Source: Eledone cirrhosa (taxonomy: Eukaryota). From it: a stretch of 64,000 nt of DNA. This document shows positions 45,001 to 59,092 of this stretch, in pieces. The notes under the pieces were generated by a model. The model ran no database searches. It was not told where the DNA came from and saw only the letters and a list, made by a program, of their open reading frames with translations. The stretch covers positions 65,844,001-65,908,000 of the forward strand of contig OZ024746.1 in assembly GCA_964016885.1 (NCBI GenBank), in the 5' to 3' direction. The position numbers were made by a program, and so were the translations under genes. Position 1 is the stretch's first letter. Each line of letters starts with the position of its first letter.

Positions 45001-45261
45001 TTGTTTTGAAATTATACGTTGGATACTACTTCTAGGAAGTCTGTCAGAAAAGGTTATTTGAATTCGGCGTTGTTTAAACCATTTATTTTCTCCTTGGCCT
45101 TTCCCTCATAAATGTACAGCTATGCTTAAAAACGTGTACTCTAGGACAAAGTATATATATATATATAATAGTAATAATAAAAAACGTGAAGACTAAAATC
45201 CAAAGAGGGCTCCATAAGGATAATATATATGAAATATATAAGAACCCTAGAGCAAATATTT

Positions 45262-45695
45262 ATTAAAATAACAGATTAAAGTTTAAGCAAAGAATCGGTG
45301 CTTTCACCCTAATGGGATCTTCTGAAACTAAAAAAAATCAATCTGTGAACGCAGAAGTAAATATTTAGAAAAACGGTGCAACCGAAGGAAAACAGGAAGA
45401 CGATACTTTGGTTCGTGAAGACGTTTCCTGGCAATGGACGAAAAAAAAGCGAAGATAATACGTTTTTAAGTGGTGCGTGAAAACAATTTCACGCAAAGAC
45501 AAAACCACGTTAATGGTATAAATGGAGTCGTAGACTAAAATGGTATTTAGGAAACCGCAGGATTCTCAGTTTCGGTTGCAACGTTTTTCGAAATATTTAC
45601 TTCTGCGTTCACAGATTGATTTTTTAGTTTCAGAAGATCCCGTTAAGGGTTAAAGCTGCGATTCGTTGCTTAAACTTTAATCTGTTATTTTAATA
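45262..45695. mobile_element. Family E foldback element
   Basis: Arms 45262-45385 and 45570-45695 are inverted. HHR-like CAGAAGA-tccc..gggt-GAAA motif in the arms. Confidence 0.8.
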
Positions 45696-45852
45696 TATAT
45701 ATATATTTAATAGATATATATTTTAATATATTTTAATATATATATATTTTAATATATATATATATACACTTTGATATATATATACATATATATATCAAAT
45801 GTATATATTGAGTTACAAATTCAATTCCGAGCGTTATAATATAATTTAATAT

Positions 45853-46015
45853 AATTGTTTCTACTTTTGGCACAAGGCCAGCAATTATACCAGTATATTA
45901 CTGGTACTCTATTTTATCGACCACGTAAGGATGAAAGGCAAAGTTATCCTCGGCGGGATTTGAACCCAGTCCATAAAGGGACGTAACTGTGCTGCAAAGC
46001 AAGGCGTCCGACCCT
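45853..46015 (-). mobile_element. tRNA-SINE, 5'-truncated
   Basis: B box, central domain and tail present. Confidence 0.88.
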
Positions 46016-46227
46016 GATAAACACAGATATACACATATATGTGTTCAAATCATAAGGGACCTAAATCGCGATTTACGCCTCTTATGTACATTATATATAT
46101 CTATATATATCTTACGTTAAACATTTTTCATCTTCATGTAATAGTCACTTATATGTCTGAATTATTGTCGGCTTTTTGCATACATTAATTTCTTTATTTT
46201 TATTTATATATATAGAGAGAAAAGAGT

Positions 46228-46386
46228 ATGACCCCGACGGCAGAGCTCAAGCCATCTCGACGGCTATTTCTGGACTGTCGAAACGGCTTGAGCTCTGCCG
46301 TCGGGGTCATACGTTTTCCTATTTACCTAAATATTGAGTACTCTGGTGCGTTATGGTCCATCTGGTTCCTTACAACAATTCCTTTG

Positions 46387-46390
<4 letters not shown>
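46228..46390 (+). mobile_element. Family C element
   Basis: Hairpin 46228-46311 of HHR 3' halves, plus a tail ending at (TA)n. Confidence 0.78.
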
Positions 46391-46457
<67 letters not shown>

Positions 46458-46485
46458 CATACATATATATATATACATATATATG

Positions 46486-46558
<73 letters not shown>

Positions 46559-46582
46559 CATATATATATATACATATATATG

Positions 46583-46779
<197 letters not shown>

Positions 46780-47159
46780 GCATGTATATATAGTGTATTT
46801 TGCAATACACTGTATGCTTAATTAAAACCATTTAGAAGACCTTACGCTATTGTTTTAGAGTAGTGACAGTCTCATTTACTTTAAATTTTCAGCAAACCGG
46901 GGAGATAAAACTGACAGAGCTCTGTTTTGTACCTTTTGGTACTTATCAAAGCTAAGTACTCCACCTGTTTGCTGAAAATAATGAATATTTGATTCTTATA
47001 GAATTCTAGTAATAATCAGGAACTGATTATACAGAGCTGTTGCCGGTCAAGCAGATATTGAAAATTAGAATTGGTGCTCTGAAATAGCTATATATATATA
47101 TGAATGTATATATATAGTGTATTTTGCAATACACTGTATGCTTAATTATATATATATAG

Positions 47160-49500
47160 TGAAAACTGGAACGGAAACAAAAAGAGAGAGGCAGTCCAAA
47201 CAAAGGTTTATTAGTTTCACGCTCTTGAGAGGGGGGGGGGGTTCAGGCATAAGCCCTTCTTCAAGAGAAAGCGGGTGGGAAGAGAGTTCTGAGGGTGTGT
47301 GTGGAGTGCTGGAGAGGCATTTAGAAAAAGGGGGGGAACGGTGGAAGTTGTACAAATAAAAATAAAAATAAACATAAAGATAAACAAATGGTGGAAGGGT
47401 GTGGGGCGTGTAGGGGTGGTGGTGGGTGGAGTAGGGAGAGGGAGGCGGGGGGTCCGAGCGGGGAGGGCTGAAGATTGTGTAGGTGTACGTGTGTGTGTGT
47501 GTGTGTGTGAATGTGAGAGTTGGGGCAGAACAAGGTTCCATGTTCAGGAAGCGGTGTGAGTGTGGGGCGGGGTGTAGGTCGGTGTTTGCGTGCGTGTGTA
47601 TGGGGAGGGGTCAGAGGGATGGGGGGATTCGGGAGGGTGAGTGTGTACATGTGGGGGTACGCATGTATGTGTTGGTGTTTATATGTGGTGTGGATGTAGG
47701 TGGCGTGGTTCGAAAAAAATTGTGAGTGTATGTCCGTGGGTAAGTTCCTAAGGTAGTTTCGTGGAGTGTGCGATAAGGTGCCGGATATTTTTCATGTTAT
47801 GGAGTGGATCGCTGAAACGATGACCGGTGGTGTGTAATCCGTTGGTTGTGCTGGTCAGAGGGTCAAGGCAGGATGAAGGCATAGCAGTAGAGGAGAATGA
47901 CAGGTGGAGAAAGTCAATTTCTGGTGAGGACTGTGTGTCTGTGTGTGCGGAGGTGCGGTGGACAGGGGAGAGGATGGGTAGGTGTGAAAGGTGGAGTGTG
48001 AAGGGGGTCATGCGGGGTGGGGGGGTGTTATAGAGGTGTTAGTGGGATATGTGTGTGTGTGTATGTGAAGGGGTGTGGGTGGAGCGTTGAGAGGGAGAGA
48101 AAAGGTGTGGCGGATGGTGGAGGCAGTGTAGTGTACTGGTGTGTGTGTGAATGTTTGAATGAGTGTGTGTGTGGTAAAGGGGGTGTTAGTGGGTGTTAGT
48201 ATACTGGTGGTGGGGAAAGGGTTGAATGCGGGTGTGTTAGTGGGGGTTAGTGGTGGTTGGGTGTGTAGAGTGGGTGGTGTATCTAGATGTGGGTCTGTGT
48301 GTGTGGGAAAGTATGTGTTCGTGTGCGTGGAATCGGGGGGATGTTAGTTGCATTAGTTGTTGGGTGGTTGGAGGGGATGTGTGGGTGAGGGTTAGTGGTG
48401 GTAGTAGGGTGTGTGGATAGTGTGAATGCGTGTATATATGTACAGGTGGGTGTGTGCGTTTTAGGGGGAGGGGTGGGGATGTTAGTATTGTTAGTCGGGG
48501 AGGGTGGCCGGTATGGGGTGGGGGTGTTAGTATTGTTAGTTGTGGGGTGGGCGGTGAAAAGGCTAAAGGAATAGGGGAGGGGAGTTCAGGCCGGGGGGAG
48601 TGTGGGTATGTAGGGTGAAGATGGTGCGTTGTTCGACTGTGAGGCGGGTGGCAGGTGTTCCGTGGCATTGGAGTAGGCCACAGACTGTGAGGTGGTGGGC
48701 GGAATGTCCAGGGAAGCCAAAGTGGCGGGCGTTGGGGTAACTCCCGCCGAGACGAATGTCACGGACGTGTTCAGTGAAAAGTCCCCCAGGCGACGTCCAG
48801 TCTGTTCGACGTGGGTTGCACTGCTCTCCGTGCAGCGAACTCCATAGACTTGGTTGGAGCAGGTGCAGCGGAAGGCGTGCCGGACAGAGAGAGAGTGGCC
48901 GTTGGGACGCTGGAAGGTGGTGTTGTTGTTGATGTGGGGCAAGTGTGGCAACGAGGCCTGAAGCAAAGTGGGTTGGCGGTAGGGAGCTGCGGACGAGGAG
49001 TGTGCGGAGATTGCGTGCGCTTTTGAAGGTGGGGAGGGGTGGGGATGGAAAGATGTGGGAGGTGGAGGGGTCGGACTGGAGTCGTCGGAAGAGGCGGAGG
49101 ATGGTGCGGTGGAGGGGTAGAGTGGAGTGGTGGTAGGTGATGGGGAAGGGGAGACGGTGGGTGAGTGTGCGGTGGCGTGGGGTGAGCGTGGTGGAGCGGT
49201 GGTCTGCACGGGCGCGAGTGAGGGCGGTGTGGACTTTGGGTGGGGGCATAACCTCTGCGGATGAAATGACTGACTAGGGAAAGGGCCTGGGTCTCAAAGT
49301 CAGCATCTCGGCTGCAGAGGCGGCGGATCCGGTGGAATTGGGAGTAGGGAATAGAGTGTTTTGTGTGTGTTGGGTGGGGGTAGGTGAAGTCGAGGTACGA
49401 GTGGGAGACGGTGGGTTTGAAGGAGGCGGAGGTGACGAGGGAGCGGTGGGAGGGGTCGATGGCGACGGAGATGTCTAAGAAGTGGACGTGGGTGTTGGAG
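47160..49500 (-). mobile_element. Penelope-like element, 5'-truncated and frameshifted
   Basis: LPFPITYH...FKSARNLRTLLVRS linker and degenerate GIY-YIG (CTCSNQVYGVRC...QTGRRL...EHVRDI). Long CA-rich 3' UTR. Degenerate HHR TTGAAGA-agggcttatgcct-GAA at 47222-47268, followed by AATAAA. Confidence 0.85.
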
Positions 49501-51218
49501 ATATAGGTAATATATGTTCAATTTTGAAACGTGAAACGGAAAATGTAATTGGCTTCAGTGAGTGGAAATTTGAAATGAACGAACTATAATTATGGTCAGT
49601 CACTATAAAGAACAGTTGAAGCTACGTTAAGTATACATGGAGACGGAGAAATGTGAAGGATCTTGGATATGAGGAATACAATGTGAGGCAAAAAAGTATC
49701 TAAGGCACCTCAACATCGACATTCCTTAGTTTTGTTGAAAAGAACTCGTCACAATAGACTCATAGTGATTGTCTATTTAAACATTGTGAACAAAACAAAA
49801 GACACGGGACAGGAGGATTTGATGGTTAGATAAGGGCAAAATATAGAAAGTATTTAAGGTCCAAATAGCGGAACGATCCAATATATATACATATTTTTAT
49901 TTAAAATGTTTATTATCACTCTAATAAACATACGTTTCTTTTTTTCGTGCAAATAATGAAATATCTCCGAAATTAATCTAAGTCATTTATTGTTTTAAAC
50001 ATTTCACGCCTATTCGTCTATATTTCTCAATGTCTTTATTGATTATCTCATTACATCTACAGAAAATATGGTGAATCTCACTCTCTAATAAAACGAAGCT
50101 TGTCTTCAGTTTTTGCACGTACTTACCAAAATTGTAAGAATATTAAATTTTCGGCTAATGTCTTTTTCTCACTGCATTTTTTTCTCTAATGAGTTTTTTC
50201 TAGGCTCACTGCATTAATTATGTTAATAATTAGCTAATGCGCTTTAATGTGAATGGCGTCTGTGGCTAATATCTCTAAGTGATTTATTTTTAAAGAATAA
50301 TGGATCTGGTTGTGTTGCTGTGATAATCACTGTCCGGGGAAATTTAAGCAGCATACACAAGATAATACAGATTAATTAGATGGAAACTGCATTCATTTCA
50401 TCGTTAAATTTGTATATTCTCTCTATCCGCTATAAATACAATTGTATTGAGAAATGGCTAGGGTTATGAGTTTAATAAACAAAATGGACGATATATATTA
50501 TATTAATGTCTCATAAAAGTATAATTAAACACATATGGAAAAATATATAGTCGTTCTTCAAATGAACGGAAAAGCATTTACTATGAGGTATCAGAATAAG
50601 TCACTCCGGAAGATGAGGAAATAATACAAAAAATAAGAACGCAGTAGCAAAGCACTATAGTGAGAATAATATATATAACAATAAATAAATGATTATATTA
50701 GACATTAAATATATTTCCAGCACAACTTCATGTGTTTTAACATACAATTATGTTAGATTGTTTTTCATTGTTCTGGCCGTTAGTGGCAACCTGATGACTT
50801 TATAGCTGTTAAAATGTTTATATCCAACTGGTTTATGGCTGTTGAAAAATGCATAAAGATGAGAAGTTAATATAAGTATATTCATTACAGATTTAGAGAA
50901 TTGTTAAAGTAAAAATGTAATTTAAAAATAATGTATCTTCAACAGCCATAAATTGCTATATATAATGTACGTATGTACATTATATATAGAAATATATATA
51001 GAATACGTACGGATACACACATACACCAAACACACGCGCACACACGCATCATACACATATACACACACACTCATACAAACACACAAACACACTCACAAAT
51101 ATATAAGTATGAAAGAAAGATGTTAGTGTGAACATTTTACATTCAATTCTATTCATTCACTTAATGAAATACATTTAGCCGCTTGTTATTGAATGTATGT
51201 ATATATATACGTATGTGC

Positions 51219-51256
<38 letters not shown>

Positions 51257-51438
51257 TAAATCATGTCCTTAGAATTATTAGATAAAATATATACCATTTC
51301 CTCTCCCAATTACCATAATTAACCATATAAAAAAGCAATTAGACCAAGCTATAAGAATAAAGGCTCTTATGAAGAATTTTCCGACAAATAACCGCAACAT
51401 ATATATATCTATGACTTTATGTTTATGTATATGTAAAC

Positions 51439-51483
<45 letters not shown>

Positions 51484-51487
<4 letters not shown>

Positions 51488-51751
51488 AAAGTTCCATTTA
51501 AAATTGTTGGGATACAACAAGTAAATATTTTTTATAACTGATATAAAGCACTCGACAAATATTTGGAGTAGATATACGATCCAAAATTAATGGTTGCAAT
51601 TTAAAAGGGTACGTCAAAGCTTATTTGTAAAACTGTTATATATTGTATTTTGTCTGATGAAGGCATACCATATTTTAATTTGGTATCCCTGAAATATGTA
51701 TAATGAAATAGATATGGTTTTATAAATATAGTTTCCATTTATTAATATCGT
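51484..51751. mobile_element. Family A copy A4 with intact HHR at 51646-51710 (+)
   Basis: Inverted 3' tail at 51484-51580, then tattttgt-CTGATGA-aggcatacca...tggtatccct-GAAA-tatgtata-atgaaata. Confidence 0.85.
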
Positions 51752-51780
51752 ATATATATATATATAGATATATATATATA

Positions 51781-51930
51781 TAAAGAAAAACAGATGAAAT
51801 CGAAAATGCAACTGGAGTCTTATTTTAAAAAATGTATATATATATTTATTTGGTTCCTTTACCGGTTTCGCAGTTCTTCTGCGTTTCAAAAGTAGAATTG
51901 AGATGGAGGGTCTGTGGTTTTTCTCACATC
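51781..51930 (-). mobile_element. Family D copy with HHR at 51856-51893 (A9 to C)
   Basis: actt-TTGAAAC-gcag..ctgc-GAAA-ccggta-aagg. Confidence 0.8.
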
Positions 51931-52309
51931 TGGTTAGTCTCTGAATGTTACTTGTTTTATATGTAAATAAAGTGGCTCGAAATAACAGGTTTTTAGAGAA
52001 GTAATTTGATTGGTTGGTCAATAATTATAATAAATTTCGCGCCAGTTCGCGTTACAAAGTTCTTCAAACAAGGGGACGGGGGGGGGGGGGGGGGTTCAGG
52101 TGTTTTCTCATATATGAGTGTTTGAATTTCTTTTTACTTAAATATATATATATATATATATACATATATACAAAGGGAGACCGCAAGCGTCTTATATTTC
52201 AGTGTTGGATTCACTAATTCCATGTGAGAGCAATTGCTGCGATAGAAACTGCAAGAACAAGGCGTTCCCGTGTATATATATATGTGTGTGTGCGTGTGTA
52301 TGTATGTAT

Positions 52310-52383
<74 letters not shown>

Positions 52384-54051
52384 ACGCGTGCGTGTGTGTG
52401 CGTGTGTGCGTTTGCGTGGGAGTGTCCGCGGCAATACTTAGGTCTGTTTGATCATGTCTTTGTTTTACTTTTAGTTATGCAAAATATGCATTATCTTCCT
52501 GAATTAATCACTCATTTATCTCCCTCTATCTTTCACTCTAGACTACAAATATGGGCTTTCTTCTATTCTCATGTATAATATGAGGCATCGTCTGTTACTC
52601 TGGGGGTCTAAACAATTGATGTTTTGAGAGTATGTGGGTGGAAGTATTGGCACTGTACTGCTACTTTATTAAGCATATTACACTCCATATTTTAGGGTTA
52701 CTGAGTAGAATTATATACGTGTGTTTTCTTACGAGATCAACAAGAGAACATTGATTTTAATGTATATGTCCTTGTAAATTTACTATGTAAATATTTACAT
52801 TTCTGTTTACATACATAGGTGTAAGTATGGCACTGCGGTTAAGCTTAGGCTTCTGTCCTTTGAATGTGCGTTTGTGTGTGTGTGTCTTTGTTTGTGTGTG
52901 TGTGGTTGTGTGTCCCCATACTAATGATTCCTGCGCACATCTCTCACAACTAAGATGTTCGACAAAAAAAAAAAAAATGTATTGATGTTGTACTAATCTT
53001 GATATATATAACTGGATCGATATGATAATGTAAAGCAATGTGGTGCCACAGAATCGCAATCTAATAACTAAAACCAGTAAAAAATAAAAGAACAATAAAT
53101 TACTGATAAGCATATATATTTTGTATTTTAATTGTTTTTATTTGTGTGCAAATATATCAACCAAATATTTACTTTTCAAAAAATACTGAAGTCCAATTTA
53201 GTCACTAATTATATCGCTAGCTATATATCAAAACATCAAATTGACCTTTGGAAAAAAAAGTCACTTCACGCCTTGGAAAACTACTGCAAAATATCAAACC
53301 ACTTTTATTCGTTCCGCCATACATAAAAACTTAGATACTTCAATTACATTTTCAGAATGATATCTGTTCCTTTTTTCATAAATGTTTCCTGATATGATTA
53401 TTTCAATTTAACTTACATAATAGCAGATCAGCATGTATCGAAATGCTGAATCAATCATGGAAAGAAACTTTCCCGTATGTAACTCTGTTACATTTAACCC
53501 GAATGCTCTACTTTCCACTTTCATTCTCTCATCTTCAACGACCCTACCGCCTATCTATTTCTCATCCCCTTTCCCTCTCGAATTTCTCTGCTTCAGTTCA
53601 GTACTTTTAAGATATTTAGGATATTAAACGTAACTCGCAGGACAAAATAACAGTTAATGTAATAGTTGATATGAGTAAAATATCATTAAAACTATTGTTA
53701 TATAAACGGAATTGGGACGGATGAGAATATAACTTATATTAGTAAATCAAACAGTAATAGCACTTGGTACAGCATATATTTGTGTTTAATACTTCATTTT
53801 ATCAACAATTTAGAATGTTGCACACTCCCAGACTGAGTACGTTAGTGCCTGGGGTTGTGAGTGTCTGTATAACTGTGTATGTGAGTGTGTATTCCATTTG
53901 TTGGAATAACGGAATAGCCTGCAGGTTGAATGAAAGAGCAACCAGATTAGTATTCTATAGTGAAGCATATAGTTTAGGTAATCCTTAGGGTGTGTGTGTG
54001 TGGGGGGGGGTATGCGTCAAATATTTGGGCCTTTAAAATACGGAAGAAGCT

Positions 54052-54155
54052 AAGTACACTGGTGCAACGTGAAATGACTTATCTTGCTCAAGGACACAAC
54101 GTGCTGCCAGGGATACAACACCCAGCCTTATGATGTGAGGCAAACGCCCTAATCC
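54052..54155 (-). mobile_element. Decayed second SINE family fragment
   Basis: tcttgctcaaggacacaac motif next to a degenerate tRNA-like head. Confidence 0.5.
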
Positions 54156-54171
54156 GAAAGTCTTGCTCTTT

Positions 54172-54314
54172 CAAATATGTATAAGTATGTGTGTATACAA
54201 ATTATAATTTGTATACACACATACTTATACATATTTGTACATATACATACTTATAAGTAAGAATTTGTTCACTTTTATACGGGTTGATAATTATCAACCC
54301 GTATAAAAGTGAAC
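54172..54314. repeat. Two perfect palindromes (66 bp at 54172-54237; 48 bp at 54267-54314)
   Basis: Both are exact reverse complements with no spacer. Confidence 0.9.
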
Positions 54315-55189
54315 GAATCCCTATTTCTCTGCTTTCTCATAAAAAAAGTCTTTAGCTATATTGTGAAACAAATGAACGTTTTATGGTTAATACTTTGGAT
54401 CATAGGCAGCATATTATAGTGTAGAATGTTGTGGCAAATACCAAGTCAGCTAAATTATTTCGATTTACAGGTGTGTGTGAATTCATGTCCTCATCTAACA
54501 TTAATGTACTGAGTGATGAAACTACAACAACATCTCTCATTTCATTTCTTTGGTGACATCTTTAGATATCAGAAATTACAAAGGTCACTACAATGTTTTG
54601 CCATTAGACTAAAATAACACGAGAGACTACGAAAGCAATCTCACGTACATTACTTGGCTGACAAGAAATGCATTCATGAAACGAATAGGATTTTACATAA
54701 TGTCACAGTTTAAATATATTCTATAAAGTTCAATCTTTTGGTGAAAGAGTGCAGGCTTTAGCAGGGAAGGTAACTTACATAATTTTTGTAATGTGTGCTT
54801 TGTTGGTTATGGTTAAAACAAAGAATAATTTTTTTTTTTATTAATGCTAGGAAATAGAACAGAAATACACTGTAAACAAATTGGTGTTATTTTTTGGCCA
54901 CTGTGCAAAATAAAATACAGCATTATAGATAATGGGTTTTAAAATCAATTACATCGTTTTTAACTAAAATATATGCACAAAACAGAAATTGTGAAAAAAG
55001 AATTTAACTAAAAAAATGAATAGGTCTTATTTAATAATATATTACTTCTTTGATCCCTCCCTCGCTCTCTTGCTCATCGAAATCATATAGTGAATATAAA
55101 TGAATCAATCATTCATTTATATGCACTATATATAGTGGTAGAACACTGGAAGGTAATATATATGTGTGTCGATACTGGGGCGTGATACT

Positions 55190-55560
55190 GGTAATGAGGA
55201 CAAAGTTGAGAACAATGATCTGAGATCGCGTGTGATGAAGGGTACTAAATTTAAGAAAGCTGTTACGAAAAACGGGCCCACGGTAGATAAGTTAGTGTAG
55301 TAATCAATTGATGATTTCGTAGTTAAGACAGGTCTGAAATTTCATTTTCCTGGTGAAATCGAAGAAGTCAGTCGTTAGCTTGGTAAAGAACAGGGGAAAA
55401 GGGCCGGGCGTGATGATGCTGGGATCTTGCAAACTTAGGCCGAAGGTGAAGCAATTTTTGGATGGGTATCGAAATAAGTATATTATAGCACCGGAGTATA
55501 AAGCAGCAGGTAATTTCGTTATCATATGCAAAAAATAATCCCTATTAGCTTTGAGGTTAC
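55190..55560 (+). mobile_element. PLE pre-RT fragment
   Basis: NNDLRSRVMKGTKFK and YIIAPEYKAAGNFVIICKK resemble the KGxKF and DKAxxxxIxCK motifs of PLEs. Confidence 0.55.
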
Positions 55561-55585
55561 GATGTGATGTTAGTTATTACTTTTA

Positions 55586-55654
<69 letters not shown>

Positions 55655-55668
55655 CACACATACACACT

Positions 55669-55700
<32 letters not shown>

Positions 55701-55868
55701 AATGAAGTAATTCCGTCGGAAAAGGTCCAGGAAAAAAGAGTGCTCTATGTAGGTTACAGAGCTTAATAGTTATGTAATAAACAACCTAAGGCAATTATTT
55801 CATTTACCAGTGGTTTCTTAAAAGCAAACAAAGTTTGTTTTCAATCATCAGAATGAAAAAATCCTGGT
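55701..55868 (-). mobile_element. Family G element with intact HHR at 55798-55858
   Basis: tttcatt-CTGATGA-ttgaaaacaaac..gtttgcttttaa-GAAA-ccactgg-TA-aatgaaa. Confidence 0.82.
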
Positions 55869-56169
55869 GTATTTATTGACATTGGATTTTAAAAACAAAA
55901 ATATAATCTATATGAAAGTGTAGGTGGAAAAGGAAGAAGGAAAGGAAAAATAAACACACACACACACATACATACATACACACAATTACATACACACACA
56001 TATATACATACACATATATATACACACACATACACACACACACATATATGTATATATATATATCTACATACACATACATATACACATACATACATACACA
56101 CATGTATATCAACATATCCATACATACACATACACACACATACAAAACACGCACACACACACACACACA

Positions 56170-56227
<58 letters not shown>

Positions 56228-56309
56228 CATACATACAAACAATCATACATATATACACACGTACATACACACATATACACACGCATACATACGCATGCAC
56301 AAATATAGA

Positions 56310-56583
56310 TATATGTACACACACCGACATACCCACACACACAAATAATTATAAGAAAAAGTGTAATAATAAAAATACCGTCACATAAGAATAACAATGA
56401 ATTTAAAAAATATTATAAAGTTGACAGCGATACAGGCAACAAATAATGAACAAACACACGTGGTAAGCAATACACACAATTACACATACACATACATACG
56501 TAAAAATAAATACATACACACACACACACACATACACATACATATACATATACACACATACACATATACATACACACATACAC

Positions 56584-56626
<43 letters not shown>

Positions 56627-57036
56627 TATATTCATACATATACAGAAACACATACAAATACATACACACACATATGTATGTTGGTAAAACTCATTCTTAG
56701 ATGTATTCATATGAACCTTGTTTAACTCTTAAATATATATATACATATATATATACATATATATATATACACATACACACACATATATATACACATACAC
56801 ATACATACATACACACACACATATATATATAAGAAAATACATAAATAATATATATATATAAAAATTAAAAGATGGGATACGACAAATAATAAATAAATAA
56901 ATATTTATTTGTTGCCTGTATCGCTGTCAACTTTATAATAATTTTTATATTCATTTTTATTCTTATGTGACGGTATTTTTATTATTATACTTTTTCTTAT
57001 AATTATTTGTGTGTGTGCGTATGTAGGTGTGTGTAT
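56310..57036. repeat. Inverted repeat pair around a microsatellite spacer
   Basis: ~56310-56447 and ~56905-57036 are reverse complements. Confidence 0.8.
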
Positions 57037-57049
57037 AAAGAAAAGGGTA

Positions 57050-57155
57050 TAAATGTATATAGCTGAATTAGAGCACTCAACAAATTCCTGTAGCAAATGA
57101 TCAATGAAAATAAGCATTAAATCACTGTATGTAATTAAACATATACATACACACA

Positions 57156-57230
<75 letters not shown>

Positions 57231-57500
57231 GCACACACACACACAACCATACAAATACACAACATATACATACATATAGGTATAAATATACACATATAGG
57301 AAAAAGTATGACCCACGGCAGTGCTCAAGCCGTTTCTGAGGCTATTATATATATACACACACAAATACAACAGAAGCATATAAAATACAATTATTTACAC
57401 ACATACATATACATACAGATGTATAAACATACATACACACATACATATACATACATACATACATACATACATACATACATACATACATACATACATACAT

Positions 57501-57556
<56 letters not shown>

Positions 57557-59092
57557 GCGCAACGCATACACACACACACACAGAAATAAATATCTAAAAA
57601 TAAAAAAGGTGGGTATGTGAAGGGAAATGTAGAAAGTAGGGGGGGGGGGGTGAGGAAAATAAATAACATAGGAAAAGGTTTAAATATAAGGGGAGATAAG
57701 GGAGAAAAGGATTATAAGAGTACAGAAAGTGAATTCAGAAGGTAAAAAAATCGTAGTGGATGTAAGAACTAGAGAGCAGAGAAGAGGTTCAGGGTGGTTG
57801 AGTTATCGTAGGAATGTCAATCCAGTTACAGATCAGATGTGATTTCAGGTGAGGACAACATCTGAAGATCTCGGTCTTGGAGTTCAGGCAAGCTGAAGTG
57901 GCTTTCAAATTTTGTAAAATCCTAAATTTTTCAGTGGTACACAAAGAACAAATCTTTGTGCCCCTTTGGTACTCCCTCGAATGGTCTAAAATAGACCAAT
58001 CGATAGAGTACGGGATGTTTTTATCCTTGAATTCCCACACCTTATTTGCGGGAGAGCCGTTGCTGTTCTTTTATCGGAGTGTTTAAAAGAAGCGCCATGT
58101 GCATAAAACCTGGTTTTAAACCTCTCCTGTGTCATTCCAACATATCGTTCACTCCTGGCTGGCTGGTTGTTAATTAAAGGTGTCACTTTGGCATCATACA
58201 CAACGGATTTGGTGTTATATTTGCCCTGTAATGGGCATTCATCCGGCTTCCTGCAACTGTATCCTGGATTTATTCTCGTACGATTAGAATTAGTGATTTT
58301 AGACTTCATAGACGGGCAGCAAGAGTAACTGATTTTAATTACATTTCTATTAAATATCTCATAATATCTATGATTAGGAGGAAAATGTTTATCTAAGAGG
58401 TCAAGGAATTTCCTTCCTACATTAGTTTTGACAGTTATTTTCCTTTTCCTATTATTGTGGTTAGTTTTTTTTTTTTTTGGGGGGGGGGTAGGTAAATAAT
58501 TAATTTGTTCTGTAAATCCGCTGTTATTAAGGGCTTTATTATAATAAGAGGCGGGGCGGCTTTATTAAAAATGTCTAGAGACGAAGATAAGGTAGAAATC
58601 CTACGGCTAACGTTGGGAATAAGATTTTAAAAAACTATAGGGGGATGGCAAGACTCTTTGTGTATATATCTAAGATTTTCGTTAGGTTTATGATAAGGTT
58701 TAAAAGAGGCAGTAAGTAGATCAAGATTAATGTCAAGAAAGTTAGCATTGGTAAGGTTCGAATCTATAGTAATTTTAAGGTTAAGATTAGCAAAAGTATT
58801 GATTAAATCTTTACGGAATTTATCAAGGTTATGGCCGTAGATGGTATGAGAAACTGCCAAACCGTCGTCACGGTATACACCGATATTATGGGAAGGACAT
58901 TTCTCTTTGAGGGTGTGGAGAAGGAATAATCCTACTAAGTCACACACATCCGTACTGTCATATGAACCCATTGCAACATCAAAAGAGTTTTCAGGGTTTG
59001 ACTTTTTAACCCAAATACTTTCATTGGTAATGCAATGGCAGAGTGTATATATAAAAAAAAAAAACGATGTAGTTTCATTTACATGTATTTAG
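57050..59092 (-). mobile_element. Penelope-like element, frameshifted (RT + GIY-YIG)
   Basis: MGSYDSTDVCDLVG, YRDDGL, FLDINLDL, VVYDAKV...YVGMTQERFKTR and CSLCTTEK motifs. The 3' region at 57297-57345 holds a family C HHR half. Confidence 0.88.
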
